Positions 19,938 to 32,770 of a stretch of 64,000 nt of DNA are shown here, in pieces. The notes beneath the pieces are model-generated. The model was not told the DNA's origin. It did not search any database and saw only the letters and a program-made list of their open reading frames with translations. Position 1 is the first letter of the stretch. Every line of letters starts with the position of its first letter. Origin of the DNA: an uncultured Verrucomicrobiae bacterium (GTDB lineage Bacteria; Verrucomicrobiota; Verrucomicrobiia; Limisphaerales; JAFGQR01); the NCBI GenBank assembly GCA_963788655.1, contig CAWBHS010000057.1, positions 288,001-352,000 of the forward strand, in the 5' to 3' direction. The translations under genes and the position numbers were made by a program.

Positions 19938-21854
19938 TCACAGCAAGCGGTGTTTCTTTGCCCGATCGCAGGCCCGAGGGATATTCCACTTTTCCTTTTC
20001 CAAGAGTAATTGAGCTTGCTCGTAATCCAATCCCGTCAGGTCTCGCAGGATGCGCGTGGCGCGGTCGCGTAGCTTGATGTTGGAGGCTTTGACATCGACC
20101 ATCAAGTTGCTGCGCACTTTGCCCAATTGGACCATGGCCAGGGTGGTGAAGAGATTTAACACCAGCTTGGTGGCGGTGCCAGCCTTCAAACGCGTCGAGC
20201 CGGTCAGCACTTCGGGACCAACCTTGGGTGCAATCACAAGGTTCGGCCGGTCGGCGTGCGGGATCGTTCAGACTGGGATTGAAACAGAGCAACACGGTGC
20301 CCGCGCCACGCCGCTTGGCCTGCCGCAACGCGCCCCAAACAAACGGGGTGCGTCCGCTGGCCGCAATGCCGACCACCACGTCCCGGCGGTTTACGCCGCG
20401 AAACTCGACCGCGTGCGCGCCGGCCACCGGATCATCCTCGGCCCCTTCGAGGGATTGCCAAAGCGCCGGCGCCCCGCCGGCCAAGATGCCCTGAACCATG
20501 TCTGGAGGCACGCTGAACGTGGGCGGACACTCGCTGGCATCCAACACCCCGAGGCGGCCGCTGGTGCCGGCGCCGACGTAAAACAAGCGTCCGCCACTCC
20601 GGAAAGCGCGGACAATGAGCTTGACGGCGCGTTCAATGGCATGGCCTTCCGCCAGCAGAGCCGCGGGGATTTTGGCGTCTTCACTCAACATCAACGCAAT
20701 GGCCTCGCGCAACGGCGAGCTGGTCGAGATTCAGCGAACGCGGATTCCGTTGCTCGGTGGGCGACTGGAGCAGCACTTGGGTAAGCTCGGTCGGTTCACG
20801 TTCGCTGCCGGCTGCTTTCGGGACCGGGAGTATTGCGGGTGGGGCATTGAGTTCCGGGCCTTGATTGCCAAGGCTTGCACACAACTGTTTCGCCAGCTCA
20901 ACGGCGCCCCAGGCACCCTCGCGGTTCAACGGAGTGATAGGGGCCTGCGGCCAGTGCATGCGCAGTTCGCGCCGGACGCGCGCAACGAACTTTGGCTGTT
21001 TGAGCAGAACGCTGCCGGCAAATACGAACTGCACCGGGTCGCCTTTGCCGGCCAATCGGCGGGCACAAGCCACCGCGGCTTGCGACAATTGGGAAGCGGC
21101 CATTGCGAGAATGGCGGAAGCCAGCCGGTCGCGCTGAGCCCAAGCCGCAAACACTTCCACCGCCAGGGACGCGACGTCCGGCTTGGCCGCGTTCTGTGCC
21201 CAGCCCACGAGTTCTTCCGGTTCGTTGAGTTGCAGTCCGCGCAGCAGGCGCTGTCCCAGCGCGGGCCAGGCACCCGTAATGTCGAATTCGTTCACCACCG
21301 CCTTCAGCGCGTGCAGGCCAATCTCATAACCACTGCCCTGGTCCCCGAGGATGTGCCCCCAGCCGCCAACTTTTATCGTTCGCCCGTCGGTCGCACGGCC
21401 AAAACAGCAGGAGCCCGTACCGCTGATCACCAAGACGCGACAAGGAGTCCTTGGGCGCCTTGGAGATTTGATGCTTGTTTTTCGCCTTCCGACTGCCGCC
21501 CGCCGTTCGCTGGCCAGTCGCAGCCATCAAGCCGGTCTCCAAATCATTGGTGGCGTAGCACGGCACTCCCGGCCAGACTTTCGCCGCCGCCCGGCGAATG
21601 CGTTGGCGATCGGACTCCGTCCGCGCGCCGGCCATGCCGATGGCGATGACGGATGGGATGGGCATCTGCGAATGGATAAGCCGAAAATGTCCGGCAAGCT
21701 GCGCGTCGGTCAGCAGCCATAGATTCGCCGGGCCGGCTTCGATCCGCTGAAGCAGCTCGCCGGTCAACTTCGTCGTCAGGGCGACGGTGTGCGTGGCGCC
21801 GCACTCGATTCCGAGCAACGCCGGTGGGCCTGATGCTTGGGTTTTGGTTCGCAT
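19938..21854 (-). CDS. murQ: Fused BadF-type amino-sugar kinase / N-acetylmuramic acid 6-phosphate etherase, frameshifted
   Basis: Kinase motifs ISGTGS and [13 protein letters not shown]; MurQ motifs [44 protein letters not shown]. Confidence 0.88.
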
Positions 21855-21959
21855 TGCCGCGTATCTTTTGGCAGGCGCAAAGTTTTGCCAAGGCAAAGTG
21901 CAAGGCCGTCACGGAAACCTTCTTTCTAAACCGGCCCATTTGGGTTATTGATTTTGAAC

Positions 21960-22214
21960 ATGACCGATTGGCAACCAGAGATTTTGCAGGCCCTCGTGGA
22001 ATTGGAGAAGGCGGTGAAGGCGACGCCGGGGGCCGGTGCCCGCCCTGATCTGCCGGCGTTGTTCACCCGGATCGATGAATTGACCCGCCAATTGCCGGCC
22101 AATACGGATCCGACGCTGCTCCACTACCTGCACAAGAAGAGCTATGAGAAAGCCCGCTTATTTCTGCAAGGCCGGGACGCGGAAAACCAAGTCGGCAATT
22201 GCCGGCATGTTTAG
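21960..22214 (+). CDS. Small hypothetical protein
   Basis: 84-aa helical ORF directly upstream of mnmE. Confidence 0.65.
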   Translation: MTDWQPEILQALVELEKAVKATPGAGARPDLPALFTRIDELTRQLPANTDPTLLHYLHKKSYEKARLFLQGRDAENQVGNCRHV

Positions 22215-22239
22215 GGCGGCCAGTTTTTGAAGATTCACT

Positions 22240-23617
22240 GTGATTGATGACACCATCGCCGCGATTGCGACCCCCCTGGGAGAGGGCGGTTTGGCGGTTG
22301 TGCGCCTGTCCGGACCGCAGGCATTGACGGTAGCCGAGCAGTGTTTTCAGCCGGTGGGCAAATCATCCCAGATGCCCGCCGCGGCACCGTCGCACACCAT
22401 TCATTACGGACGAATCGTCCGGGCGGGACGAACGGTGGATGAAGTGCTGCTGTCGATCATGCGCGCGCCACGCACGTTCACGCGGGAAGATGTTGTGGAA
22501 ATCTCGTGTCACGGCGGCCTGTTGCCCGCGAAGCTGTTACTCGACACCTTGCTGGAGAACGGCGCGCGGTCTGGCGGAACCTGGCGAATTCACCAAACGG
22601 GCGTTTCTCAATGGCCGGATTGACCTGGCGCAAGCGGAAGCGGTGGCGGATTTGATTCATTCGCGCACGGAACTGGCTCTGACCGCTGCCAACGAGCAAT
22701 TGGCCGGCAAGCTCTCCCGGCGCATCAATCAATTGCGCGATGATTTAATGCGCGTGTTGGCGCACGTCGAGGCGCACATTGATTTCCCGGACGAAGATAT
22801 TGCGCCGGACACGCGGGACCAATTGCTGGGACGGTTGGAGCGCGGGATTGGCTTCATGGACGAACTGCTCCGCACGGCGGATGAAGGCCAATTGTTGCGG
22901 CGCGGCATTCGCGCCGCGATTGTGGGCCGGCCGAACGTGGGCAAGTCCAGTCTGCTCAACCAGTTGCTGGGGCATGATCGCGCGATTGTGTCGGCCATTC
23001 CCGGCACCACGCGCGACACGATTGAGGAAACGGCAAACATTCGGGGCGTGCCGGTGGTGTTCGTCGATACCGCGGGCTTGCGTGAGTCCGGCGACGAGAT
23101 TGAAGCCGAAGGCATCCGCCGCAGCCAGCAGGCGCTGACGACCGCGGAATTGATTTTGCACGTGCTCGATGCCGCCGAAGCCCTCACGCCCGCCGATGAA
23201 AGATACCTGACTGAGTTCGCGGCCAAGAAACGTATCCTCGTGGGCAACAAAATCGACCTGGGCCGCAAACTACGCTTGCCGGTCGGGGCTGGAGAGCAGG
23301 CGGCGGTCGTCGAAGTGAGTTGCTTGACCGGCAAAGGACTGGAGGAGTTGAAACAGGCCATTAAGCAGATGGTCTGGTCCGGTGAAATCCAGGCGGACAT
23401 GCTGCAAGTGATGATCAACTCCCGGCACCAGGAAGCATTGAAACGGGCGCGCCAAGCCACCGTGCAAACCGTCGAGGCCTTGCAGGCCGATCATTCGCTG
23501 GAACTGGTGGCCCTGGACTTGCGGATCGCGGTCAATGCCGTCGGCGAAATCGTGGGCCAAACCACCACCGAGGATTTGCTCGACTCGATTTTTAGCCAAT
23601 TCTGCATTGGTAAGTAG
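22240..23617 (+). CDS. mnmE: tRNA modification GTPase MnmE, one frameshift near 22570
   Basis: DTIAAIATP, GRPNVGKSS, GTTRD, DTAG, NKID, FCIGK terminus. Confidence 0.97.
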
Positions 23618-23762
23618 CACTACAGCGACAGTTCGGTGAATCGCGGCAGGAGCGCGGCGTTTACGCCGCTTCACCGTCCTATCCCGCAAGCCGCTGGTTG
23701 GCCTTTGGTGCTTGAAGCGCCCTAAAGGCCGCGCGCCTATCGGTGAAAGTGTCGCTGTAGTG
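23618..23762. mobile_element. 145-bp MITE, copy 2
   Basis: Perfect 13-bp TIR CACTACAGCGACA/TGTCGCTGTAGTG; flanks GTAG (includes mnmE stop) and GCAG. Confidence 0.85.
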
Positions 23763-23881
23763 GCAGTTCTGCGGCAGTGCAATTCCTTGTGCTTCATTGC
23801 CGGTACCCCACAAAGCTGGGGAGGCGCAATTCGTGGGAATCTTCGCCCGTGATTATCGATTGGTGTCCTCGTGGCGGAGGC

Positions 23882-26800
23882 TCACGGTTGGCGCGGTGTC
23901 ACTACCCGATAGAAACGGCTGGACAGACCCGTGGGATCCGTGACGGTTTCAACGTGGTTGGTACTTCGTGCCGCTACATCCGCAAGACGGGTCCAGGCAC
24001 CGCTGCCCAGCATGCTTTGGTACTGCATGGAGTAAGTGAGGTTCGCGGTGGCTTCGAATTGCAGGGTCGTCAAGCCCAGGATCGTGCTGATCTCCATCTG
24101 CAGCAAACTCAGCGCGTTGGTCGGATTGGTGCCAGCTTGATATTCCTGCCCGTCCCTCATCCCATCACCGTCGCTGTCGGCATTCGGGTCATCGACTCCG
24201 TAGGCCGACTCCCACTCGTCGGGCAGGCCGTCGGCATCGGTGTCGGCCAACACGGTAATAGTGGCGACCGCGCTCAGAGTGCCTCCGCTGGGCGTGGCGA
24301 GATTTCGAATCCAGGAACGGTATTGCAGGGTCGTGGCCTGGGTCGGTGCGGTGAAGGTGTAGAAATCCTCCGAGCCATCGAGAAAATGCGTAGCCATCAG
24401 CGTGGAGCCCCGCCGCCACTCGTTCGAGAAGAGCGGAGGACTGGCGGTAAACTCCACGCTCAATGTCACGGTGCCGCCGGCAACCACTGTTTGACTGAGC
24501 GGTTGCTGGAGAATGATCGGCGTGATGAGCGGGTAAAGATGGGCGGTGGCGCTCATAACGGTTCCCTCCGCGCCGGAAACGGCCACATCATAGGCGCCGC
24601 CATCCGCGGCCTGCACATCGGCGATCGTGAAGCTGGTATTGGTGGCATCCGGCAGATCGAGCCCGTTGAAGCGCCACTGGTAGCGGAGTGGGCTCGTGCT
24701 GCTTGCCAGGACGGTGAACGTGACGTTCGTGGTGGGGGCGGCCAAGGGATCTGGACGGACGCGCACGAAAACATCTCCAGGCTGAGTTAGGATATGGGCC
24801 GGCACGAATACGCGCAGCACCGCAGACTGGCTTTGGGCTGATCCCGCTTCGTTAAACACGATTACCGAGTAATCGCCGGCGTGGGCCGGCTGAAGCCCGG
24901 TCAAGGTGAGCGTGGCCCCGTTTGCCCCGGCAAGGGGAGCGCCGTGGAAAAGCCATTGGTAAAAGAGCGGAGCGGCTCCGGCAGCCACAACCTGAAAGGT
25001 TGCCTCCCCGGCCTGCGGGACCGTCACATTGCTCGGCTGCCCGGTGATCAGTGGCGCCGAGCCTCCAGAAAACGGATGGCCCGGCGTGGCGACAGCGGCC
25101 GTCCAACTCGCCGGATCATTGCCGTAAGCATCGCCGGCCAGGCGCTGCAAAGACGGCCCACTACCGTCCGCGGCCGTGGGCCAGGGCGTTTTGTCATTGT
25201 AGCGCACCACGTCCACGGCGATGTAAGGAACGAGGCCATTCGTGTGGGGTAGGCCGGGCCGCTGCAACTCCAGGTGTTCCCCACTGTCCTGGAGAACGCC
25301 CGTCCAGGGGCCCAGGATGGGAACTTCGTTTGGCACGGAATACCTGGTGCGGAAGTCTTCTGGATTCGTGGCCACGACCAAGAGCAATTGATCGGGCACG
25401 AGCAGGAGGTTTGTCGGGAACGCAAATCCCAGCCCGTCCAATCTCCAGGTGTTCGTCCAACGCTCCGGATCGAACAGCGCCACGTTCGTGATGGCGACGT
25501 TCTTTAGTTCGACAAACTCATCATCACCGGCAGCCGGGTGGTAATGGATTTCGTTGATCACCACCGGCCCGGTCCGGGGGCCTAGATTGGCCGCTCGCAA
25601 ACTCGGGGCACCCTGCGCGGGAAAGTCCTCTTCACCGGTACTCAGCACGTAACGGCCAAACGTCTCGCCCGGCGGCGCCGCCCCAAAGCTGAAGCCGTGG
25701 CTGTAACCCGTCAGGTTCGTCGTCGCGTCGCCCGAGAACAGGTACACCGCCTCGCCCGTCGAACTGAACGCGAAGCTGTTATTCGTACCAGGCGTCGGAT
25801 TGAAATCGCTTTCTTCGAGAACGAGATAATCACTCGCGGCAATGATCGAGCCGGTTGGCAGTCGATACTTCATCGGCTGGCCAGGATCGTCCGTGAGGAA
25901 CCAGCCGCCGAGATCGACGGCGCCGGCAGTTGGATTGAACAGTTCCACCGCGTCGGTCTCTGGTGGCACGCTGGCGGAGAGAACTTCGTTGACGAGGACC
26001 GGGGCGATACCCGGTTCCGGATCGTCGGCGCCCGGCGATCCGCCGACCACCGCGCTGGAACGCCAGTTGGCCGGATTGTCCGGATCGGCGTTCCCGTCCG
26101 AGCTTCGCGGCACCAGCGAGAAGCCATAGCCGTCCGGAGGCACCGGCCACGGCGCCTGATCGTCGTAGGCCACGGACACCGCCGGCGTGCCCAGCACGTG
26201 CGCAATCCGGAGCGTTTCGCCGCCGTTGGCAAGCTTGCTCGTATAGCCGCCGTTCACGGCGACCCCCGGATAGCGAGTGGCGAACCGGGCGGGATTGCGG
26301 GCCAGCACGAAAAACTGCCCCGGTGGCAACCGCGTGCCGTTGGGAAACGTAAACGTGATGCCGGACGTGAACGTCATTCCCCCGAGGTTCAAGGTGTTGG
26401 TGCCCGTATTCTTCAGTTCGAGGAATTCATACTCATCGCCATCCACCGCGGTTCCATTCGGGTCCAAGCCCGGGAGCGGGTGATACATAATTTCCGTGAT
26501 GCGTAGCGCGTCAAAGGCCTGCGCCACCTCGAACGTGGCTTCCATGAGCGCGCTCCACGTCGCACCATCGAATGAGCGTGCGCGGACCACGGTGCTCTCT
26601 TCGAGCGTGACCGGCCCAGCGTAAAGGTTGGCCGCCGATGACACCGTTCCGGCCCACGTCCGGGGATCGCTCCCGTCGAGCGTGTAGTAAATCGAGCCGG
26701 CAGGTGCGCTGAGAGTCACCACGGTTCCGGTCACCACCGTGCCGCCGAACTGGCTAAGCAATGGCGCGGCAAGCGTCGGATAAATTCCCGCGGACGTCAG

Positions 26801-29800
26801 TTGCCCCAGCACGATGGACGAGCGCAGGTCGAGGTAGCAATTAGGATTCACCGCAAGTTGGTTGACGAGGTTGAGCCAGTCCCCGTCCCGGGTGTAGGGC
26901 GTGGTCCGTCGCGCGTCCCCCCAGCGCGCGGACTCGGCAATGATGGCGAGATCGATTTCCGCCTTGCGCGCCAGAAAGCGGGCTTTGGCCGACGAGGGTG
27001 TGAAGACGCCGTCGTTGAAGAAATGCTTGTGAATGCGGTCGGCCGCCCGCAGGCGGAAGGTCGGATTGGCCAGCAACCGGTGCCACATCCATTCGGGGCT
27101 GCTGTCGAGCACCGAGGCGTCACCGGCACTGGAGGGCGCCGCCGTGCGATCCGCGTTCACGTTCAACATCGCGATCTCCGCATCGTGGACGAAGAACCGG
27201 AACCCGGCGCGCCCATCGCGAGGTCGGATGGCATACCAGTTGTTGGGCCGGCCGGAGAAGGTGGAAATCGCCGAATCCAGGTTGGCCGTGTAAAGGGTGA
27301 TCAGCATGAAATCAATCAGGTTGTCGGCGTCGAGATAGATGGGGAAAGCGGAATTGCGCGTGCCATCGGGATTGTTGCCAAGCAGCCGTTGGTAAGCCGC
27401 CTCGGTGCTGACGCCGGCCCGGATGAGATTGTAGAGTTCCGTCCAGCCCGTCATGTCGCCGTCAGTCGCGTAAAGCGTGAACGTTCCCCAGTTCACTTTG
27501 ACCACGTCATAGTCTGCCGGCGCGCCGCCAAAGTAGGCGGCGGCGAAGCTCGCTTCGGGGCGTTCTTGCGTATTGGCGAGCCCCCAATACTGGCCGTTGA
27601 GATAGAGGTGATAGTAGTCGCTGCGCGTGGAGGGTTCGCCCATGGCCCGTTGGGTGTCCCGGGAAAAAACATCGCGGAGATAGACCGCGTTGTTGGGATT
27701 GCCACAGCAGTCACCAATGAAACTCCAGGAATCATTCTGGTCCATCCGCAAGTCGAATAATTGGAAAGTGTCCAGCGGCGAACTGGGGAACATCCGGTAA
27801 TTGAGCGCGCTGGCGCCGTACTCGCCCCGGAAAAAGAGGCGAAACGCATGCTTGGGGTTGATGACCATTCGGCTCTGGCCACCGCGGATGCGAACCCCGG
27901 CATCGATCTGAAAACCAGCCTTACCATCGGGACGGAGAAGTTCGACGGAGCCGGGCCGTTCCCAATTCCGTCCGTCACCGCTCGGATTGGCGTAAATTCC
28001 CTGCGCACCGAACAGGTCGTCCTGATCCATCACAATCGAGAATGAAGGAATTGACTTCAGCGCGTCGCGAATCTGACCGCTGTAGGCCGCGTTGGTCACC
28101 ACTCGCGGGTCCATGCCGTAATCCAACACCTGGCCGGTAGGCAAGGGCGACGCCGGCCAACCCGGTGGTGACTGGCCATCGGGCGACTGGCCGACCACGT
28201 CGTTTACAAAAACGTACGTGTGCGTGTCCACGTCGGTCGGAAGCCAGCCGGGCTTGAACGCCGCGGCGCGCAGCGTTGTGGTATCGCTGATCGTCAGCGT
28301 GTTGGTGTAGATCGTTCCGTGGCTTGCCGTCGGCGGGCTGCCGTCGAGCGTGTAACGGATCTCCACCTCGGGCGTCGCCGAGGTGATCGCCAGGGAAATC
28401 GGCACGTCGTAGAACCCGCGGTCCACACTGAATTTAGTGTCCGCCACCTTGCCGAGATAGGCGTCAGTGTTGTTGCGCGCACCGGGTGTGGGCGTTTGGA
28501 GATAGCCCGTGGTGAGTGCCGGCGCCAATTCCGATTCGCCAATCAGCTCCGCCCGGATCAGGAAGTCCGGGCTGCTCGCGGCATCGTTCAATCCTTGAAG
28601 GGCCAGGAGGTGAGCTCGCGCAGCCAGGGAGGCGGCCTCGGGTGTCACATCGATGGACTCCGCCACGCGCGCCGCGGCCAAGGGGCGGTCCGTGAGCGCA
28701 GTCGCGTCGAACGGCAGCGGAACGCCGGCCGTGCCCGGCGCATTACGGCGCGCGATTTCCTGGCCGTCAAGATACGCCACGAAACCATCGTCGTATTGGA
28801 GGCCCAAGGTGACCTTGTCGAACACGGTGGCGTTGTCCAGCGTGAACGGCATTCGCAAAAAGGCCGAAGCGTTGACGCCCGCCATCACCGCACCGACGTC
28901 GGTGCTCACCAGCGAACTCGACACCGCCGATTGCGGGGCGAAGTCACTTGTTCATGAGATAGGCCTCCACCGCCTCACGCTGCGCAGTCGAGACGGAATC
29001 ATAGACGAGGATTTCGGCGATGTCGCCGTCGAGGAACTGGCGGCCAAAGTCAAGGTTGCCCACGGTCAGTTGCGTATCGGCAGCGTAGCTGGCCTGCGCA
29101 TGGAAGGTGCCGCCCGCGCGGTAATCGTTGGTGCCACTCTCATTAAGAATGCGCAGGATCTTCGTGCTGGAAGCCGCGTCGAAGGTAGCAGTGAGGAGGT
29201 AATTTTTTTCCGCCGTCAGATTCGCGGCCGGAAACGCCGCCAGACCGTCGTCGAATGCATCACCCGGCGGCGCAGTGAACCATTTCACCCGCTGGCTCGT
29301 GGAGTCGCTGATGCCCAGCGCATAGCCGCTGATATCGCGGTAATTCCCGATGAAGATGGCGCCGCGTTCTCCGCTGTCAATGCTGGCGACGACATAGACG
29401 CTGAGGGGATTGAGGCGCAGGTCGGCATCATCGACCAGTGTCAGTCCGTCGATATTCCCGTTGAAACGGATCACCGTCCGTTCCCCCTGGGGGAAGGTCG
29501 CCGTTGTGCGCCGAGGGGTTCCACGAACGCTATCAACCCAGTTGCCGTGCAGGCCGCCCGCATCGTCCCACGCGGTCAGGTTGCCGCTGGCATCGGTGGT
29601 GACGCCCGCGTCGGCGGCGAGCCACAGTCGGCGTCCGGTGGCAGGAGGCTGTGGCGGGTCGCTGAGGCCGTAACCAACGCCATTCGTGCCGTCCAACCAA
29701 TCGGTGGGGATAAAATCGGGCAGGGTCCAGTTCGTGCCCAACGTAGCATTGGTGGGAATCCACACGCGGGTGGCCGCATCCGCCGCCACGAGTTTCGTGA

Positions 29801-30248
29801 CGGCAAACGGAGCCGCCTCGCCGTAAGATATATCCACCCGCTGGGCCGGATAATGGAACTGGCTGGCGAGGGTCACGCCATCCGGCTGGACCAATCCCAG
29901 GTACCCTCCGCCGGCGTTCAGACGAAAGTTGGTGTGCAATTCCTCGCCCGCGACTGCGCGATCCTTGCCGGAAGCGAAAATGATGAGGAATTCGTCCGGC
30001 AGCAGTGTGACCTGGGGAAGCCGCCATTTCCGCAGTAGCCCGGAATCATCCGTCAAGAACCATCCGTCCAGGCTCACCGTCGCGGTGCCGGGATTGTGCA
30101 GCTCAATCCAATCGGAATGGTCGCCATCGGTGTCCGTGAGCGTCCGGGCATTGGACGCCATGAACTCACTGATGACCGCCTGACCGGGCGCATTGCTCGC
30201 GCCCAGACCGAGCGCGAGCATCCACACGCTGGTCCATCGCCATCTCAT
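23882..30248 (-). CDS. About 2100-aa secreted protein: lamin-tail, LamG-like, FN3-like, CotH kinase, Ig and TSP3-like domains
   Basis: VISEFMA/ITEIMY/INEIHY lamin-tail starts; RIRGGQSR and YLNGQYWG CotH motifs; YTLDGS; DADGLPDEWE. One extra base near 28945 splits the ORF (NK-TGAC vs NKYF). Confidence 0.85.
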
Positions 30249-32613
30249 GGTTTGTGCAAGCGATAGAACTTAACGCTGCCGGCGCCTACCGGAAAGAGGT
30301 CTTCGACCACCAACTGGTCGCCTTCCGCGGCACCCGGGCCCAAATCCGTCCAGGTGGTAGCCGGGAGCGTGGGTGAGGATTCCAGGTTGAATCCGGTGCC
30401 GGTGGCTTGCGACCACGAGATGCGCACTCCCGGTCCCTGGGCCAAGGCGGCCGCTTCGATTACCAGAGTTGGTTGGGGGAGACTGAAGTATTTCTCGTTC
30501 AAGTAGGCCTCGACTTCGGCCCGCTGGGTCTCGGAGACGGAGGAGTAAATAAGGATTTCGGAAATGTCTCCCCGCATATACTGGCGATTCCCCTGCAGAT
30601 AACCGAGGGTCAATTGCTCGCCGCCATACGGAATGGGATCGAGCCCACCCACGTTCCCCGCTTCGGTTGCATTCACGAAGAGGGTTTTGAGGCCGGCGCT
30701 GGTGCGGGTTGCAGTCAGCAAAGTGGGCACCTGGTCGCCCAAAGCGCCTCCCGCCGGTTCCAGACTCTGGGGCGGAGCCGTGAACCACTTGACCAGCCCG
30801 GGAGTGCCGTCGCTGATGCCCAAGGCCCAGCCCGCCACGTCCACGTAGTTGCCGACGAAGACCTGCCCGGCCACCGTGTTGTCCACGCTGAGCACGGTGT
30901 AAATGCTGAAGTCCTGCAACTCGAGCAGACCGGCCCCGGCGAGGTTGAACCCGGAGGAACCACTGAAGCGAACTACCGAATGGGATCCGTTGGGAAACAT
31001 AACCTGCTCTAGTGTGGGAGCGCCAATCGCGATGCCGCTGTGGAGTTCGCCGGGCGCTTGATCCGTCCAGCCAAACACCGGGACTGGCTGCTGCGTGTTC
31101 ACGCCGGCATCGGCTCGCAGCCACAACACCATGCCGTTGGTCGGTGGAGCGTTGTTGGCCAGGGGATCGGGTTGAAAATACTTGGCGTTGAGATACGCCT
31201 CGACCTCGGCCCGCTGGAACGCGTCCGCCGAATCGAAAACCAGGAGCTCCGCGATGTCGCCTTGCAAATACTGGCCGATCGGTCCCAGATACCCGACCGT
31301 CAACGCCCCGCCCCCGCCCCCGTAATCCAGGGTCGCCCCGCCCAGCGAATCGGCCAGCGTGCCGTTGACAAAAAACTCTTTGGTCCCGTCGCCGAATGTT
31401 CCCGTGAGCAGGGTCGGCACATGGTTGTCCAAACTGCCCGCTGCTGGTTCCATGCTTTGCGGCGGTGCGGTAAACCATTTCACCCGGCCGGGTGTCGAAT
31501 CGCTGATGCCCAGCGCCCAGCCAAAGGTGGGCTTGAAGTGGCCGATGAAGATCTCCGCGGCCACGCTGTTGTTGACGCTGGCCACGGCGAAAACGCTGAG
31601 ATTGGGCAGCTCCAGGTCCACGTCATTGTCGAGGTCGAAACCGGCCGCGCCGTTGAAGCGAATGACCGGGTGGGATCCGTTGGGAAAGGAGGCTTGTGCC
31701 AGGGCGGGACTCCCGACCGAAGTGCCGTTGTGCTGGCCGCCCGGCGCCTGATCCGCCCAATCAAACACCAGAACCGGCTGGGTTGTGTTCACGCCGGCAT
31801 CCGCCCGCAGCCACAACACCATGCCGTTGGTTGGCGGGGCGTTGTTGGCCGGAGGATCGGGTTGAAAATACTTGGCGTTGAGATACGCCTCGACTTCCGC
31901 GCGCTGGAACGCGTCCGCCGAATCGAAAACCAGGAGCTCCGCGATGTCGCCCTGCAGATACTGACGGTCGATCCCAGATACCCGACCGTCAGCGCTCCAC
32001 CCCCACCGCCGTAATCCAGGGACAGCCCGCCCAGCGAGTCGGCCAGGGTGCCGTTAACGAAAAGCTCTTTGTTTCCGTCACCGAAGGTTCCTGTGAGCTG
32101 CGTTGGGACATGGTTGCCCAGACTGCCGGCTGCCGGTTCCAGGCTTTGCGGCGGCGCGGTGAACCATTTTACCCGTCCCGGCGTTGAATCGCTCACTCCC
32201 AACGCCCAACCAAAAGTGGGCTTGAAGTGGCCGATGAAAATCTCCGCGGCCACGGAGTTGTCAACGCTCGCCACGGCAAAAACGCTGAGGCTAGGCAATT
32301 CCAGCTCCGCATCGTTGTCGAGATCAAAACCGGACGCGCCGTTGAAACGGATGACCGGGTGGGATCCGTTGGGAAACGAAGCTTGTGCCAGGCTGGGATT
32401 TCCAACCGCGGTGCCTGAGTGGCTGCTGCCCGGCGCTTGATCGATCCATTCCGAAACTGCTTCCGGTTGCTCGGTCACCAGGCCGGCGTCCGCCTTGAGC
32501 CATAGTACCTGATCGGTTTCTGGCGGCGAGGCGGCCAGCGCCGCGGTGGCGAAGGTGAAGCCCACGGCGGTCAGAACCACCGCGAGAAGAGAGGGGGCGA
32601 TTTGTTTGGTCAT
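30245..32613 (-). CDS. Secreted protein with three tandem 230-aa LamG/ConA-like repeats, frameshift near 31965
   Basis: Signal peptide; LWL(K/R)ADAG...GDI(A/S)E...VEAYLN.KYF x3; DNA periods of 690 and 689 bp. Confidence 0.85.
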
Positions 32614-32770
32614 AAGCGGGTGTGTTGTGGATTGGGTTACTATTCTCGGAATACTCTCTGTTGCCCGGATCCGGATCGAGGCGTTCGCGCCTTGGGCTCC
32701 GGCCATGGTTCCGGCAAGAAGCTATCCGTGGTTTTCATGCCGAAATCTTTCCCCAACCGACAAAAACCAG

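Noticed and set aside
23618..23762. MITE mobilised by the ISAzo13 transposase in this window
   Set aside because: No MITE-like termini were found around 57.3-59.4 kb, so the link is unsupported.
30480..32520. CRISPR array or DGR template repeats
   Set aside because: These are in-frame coding domain repeats with no spacers.
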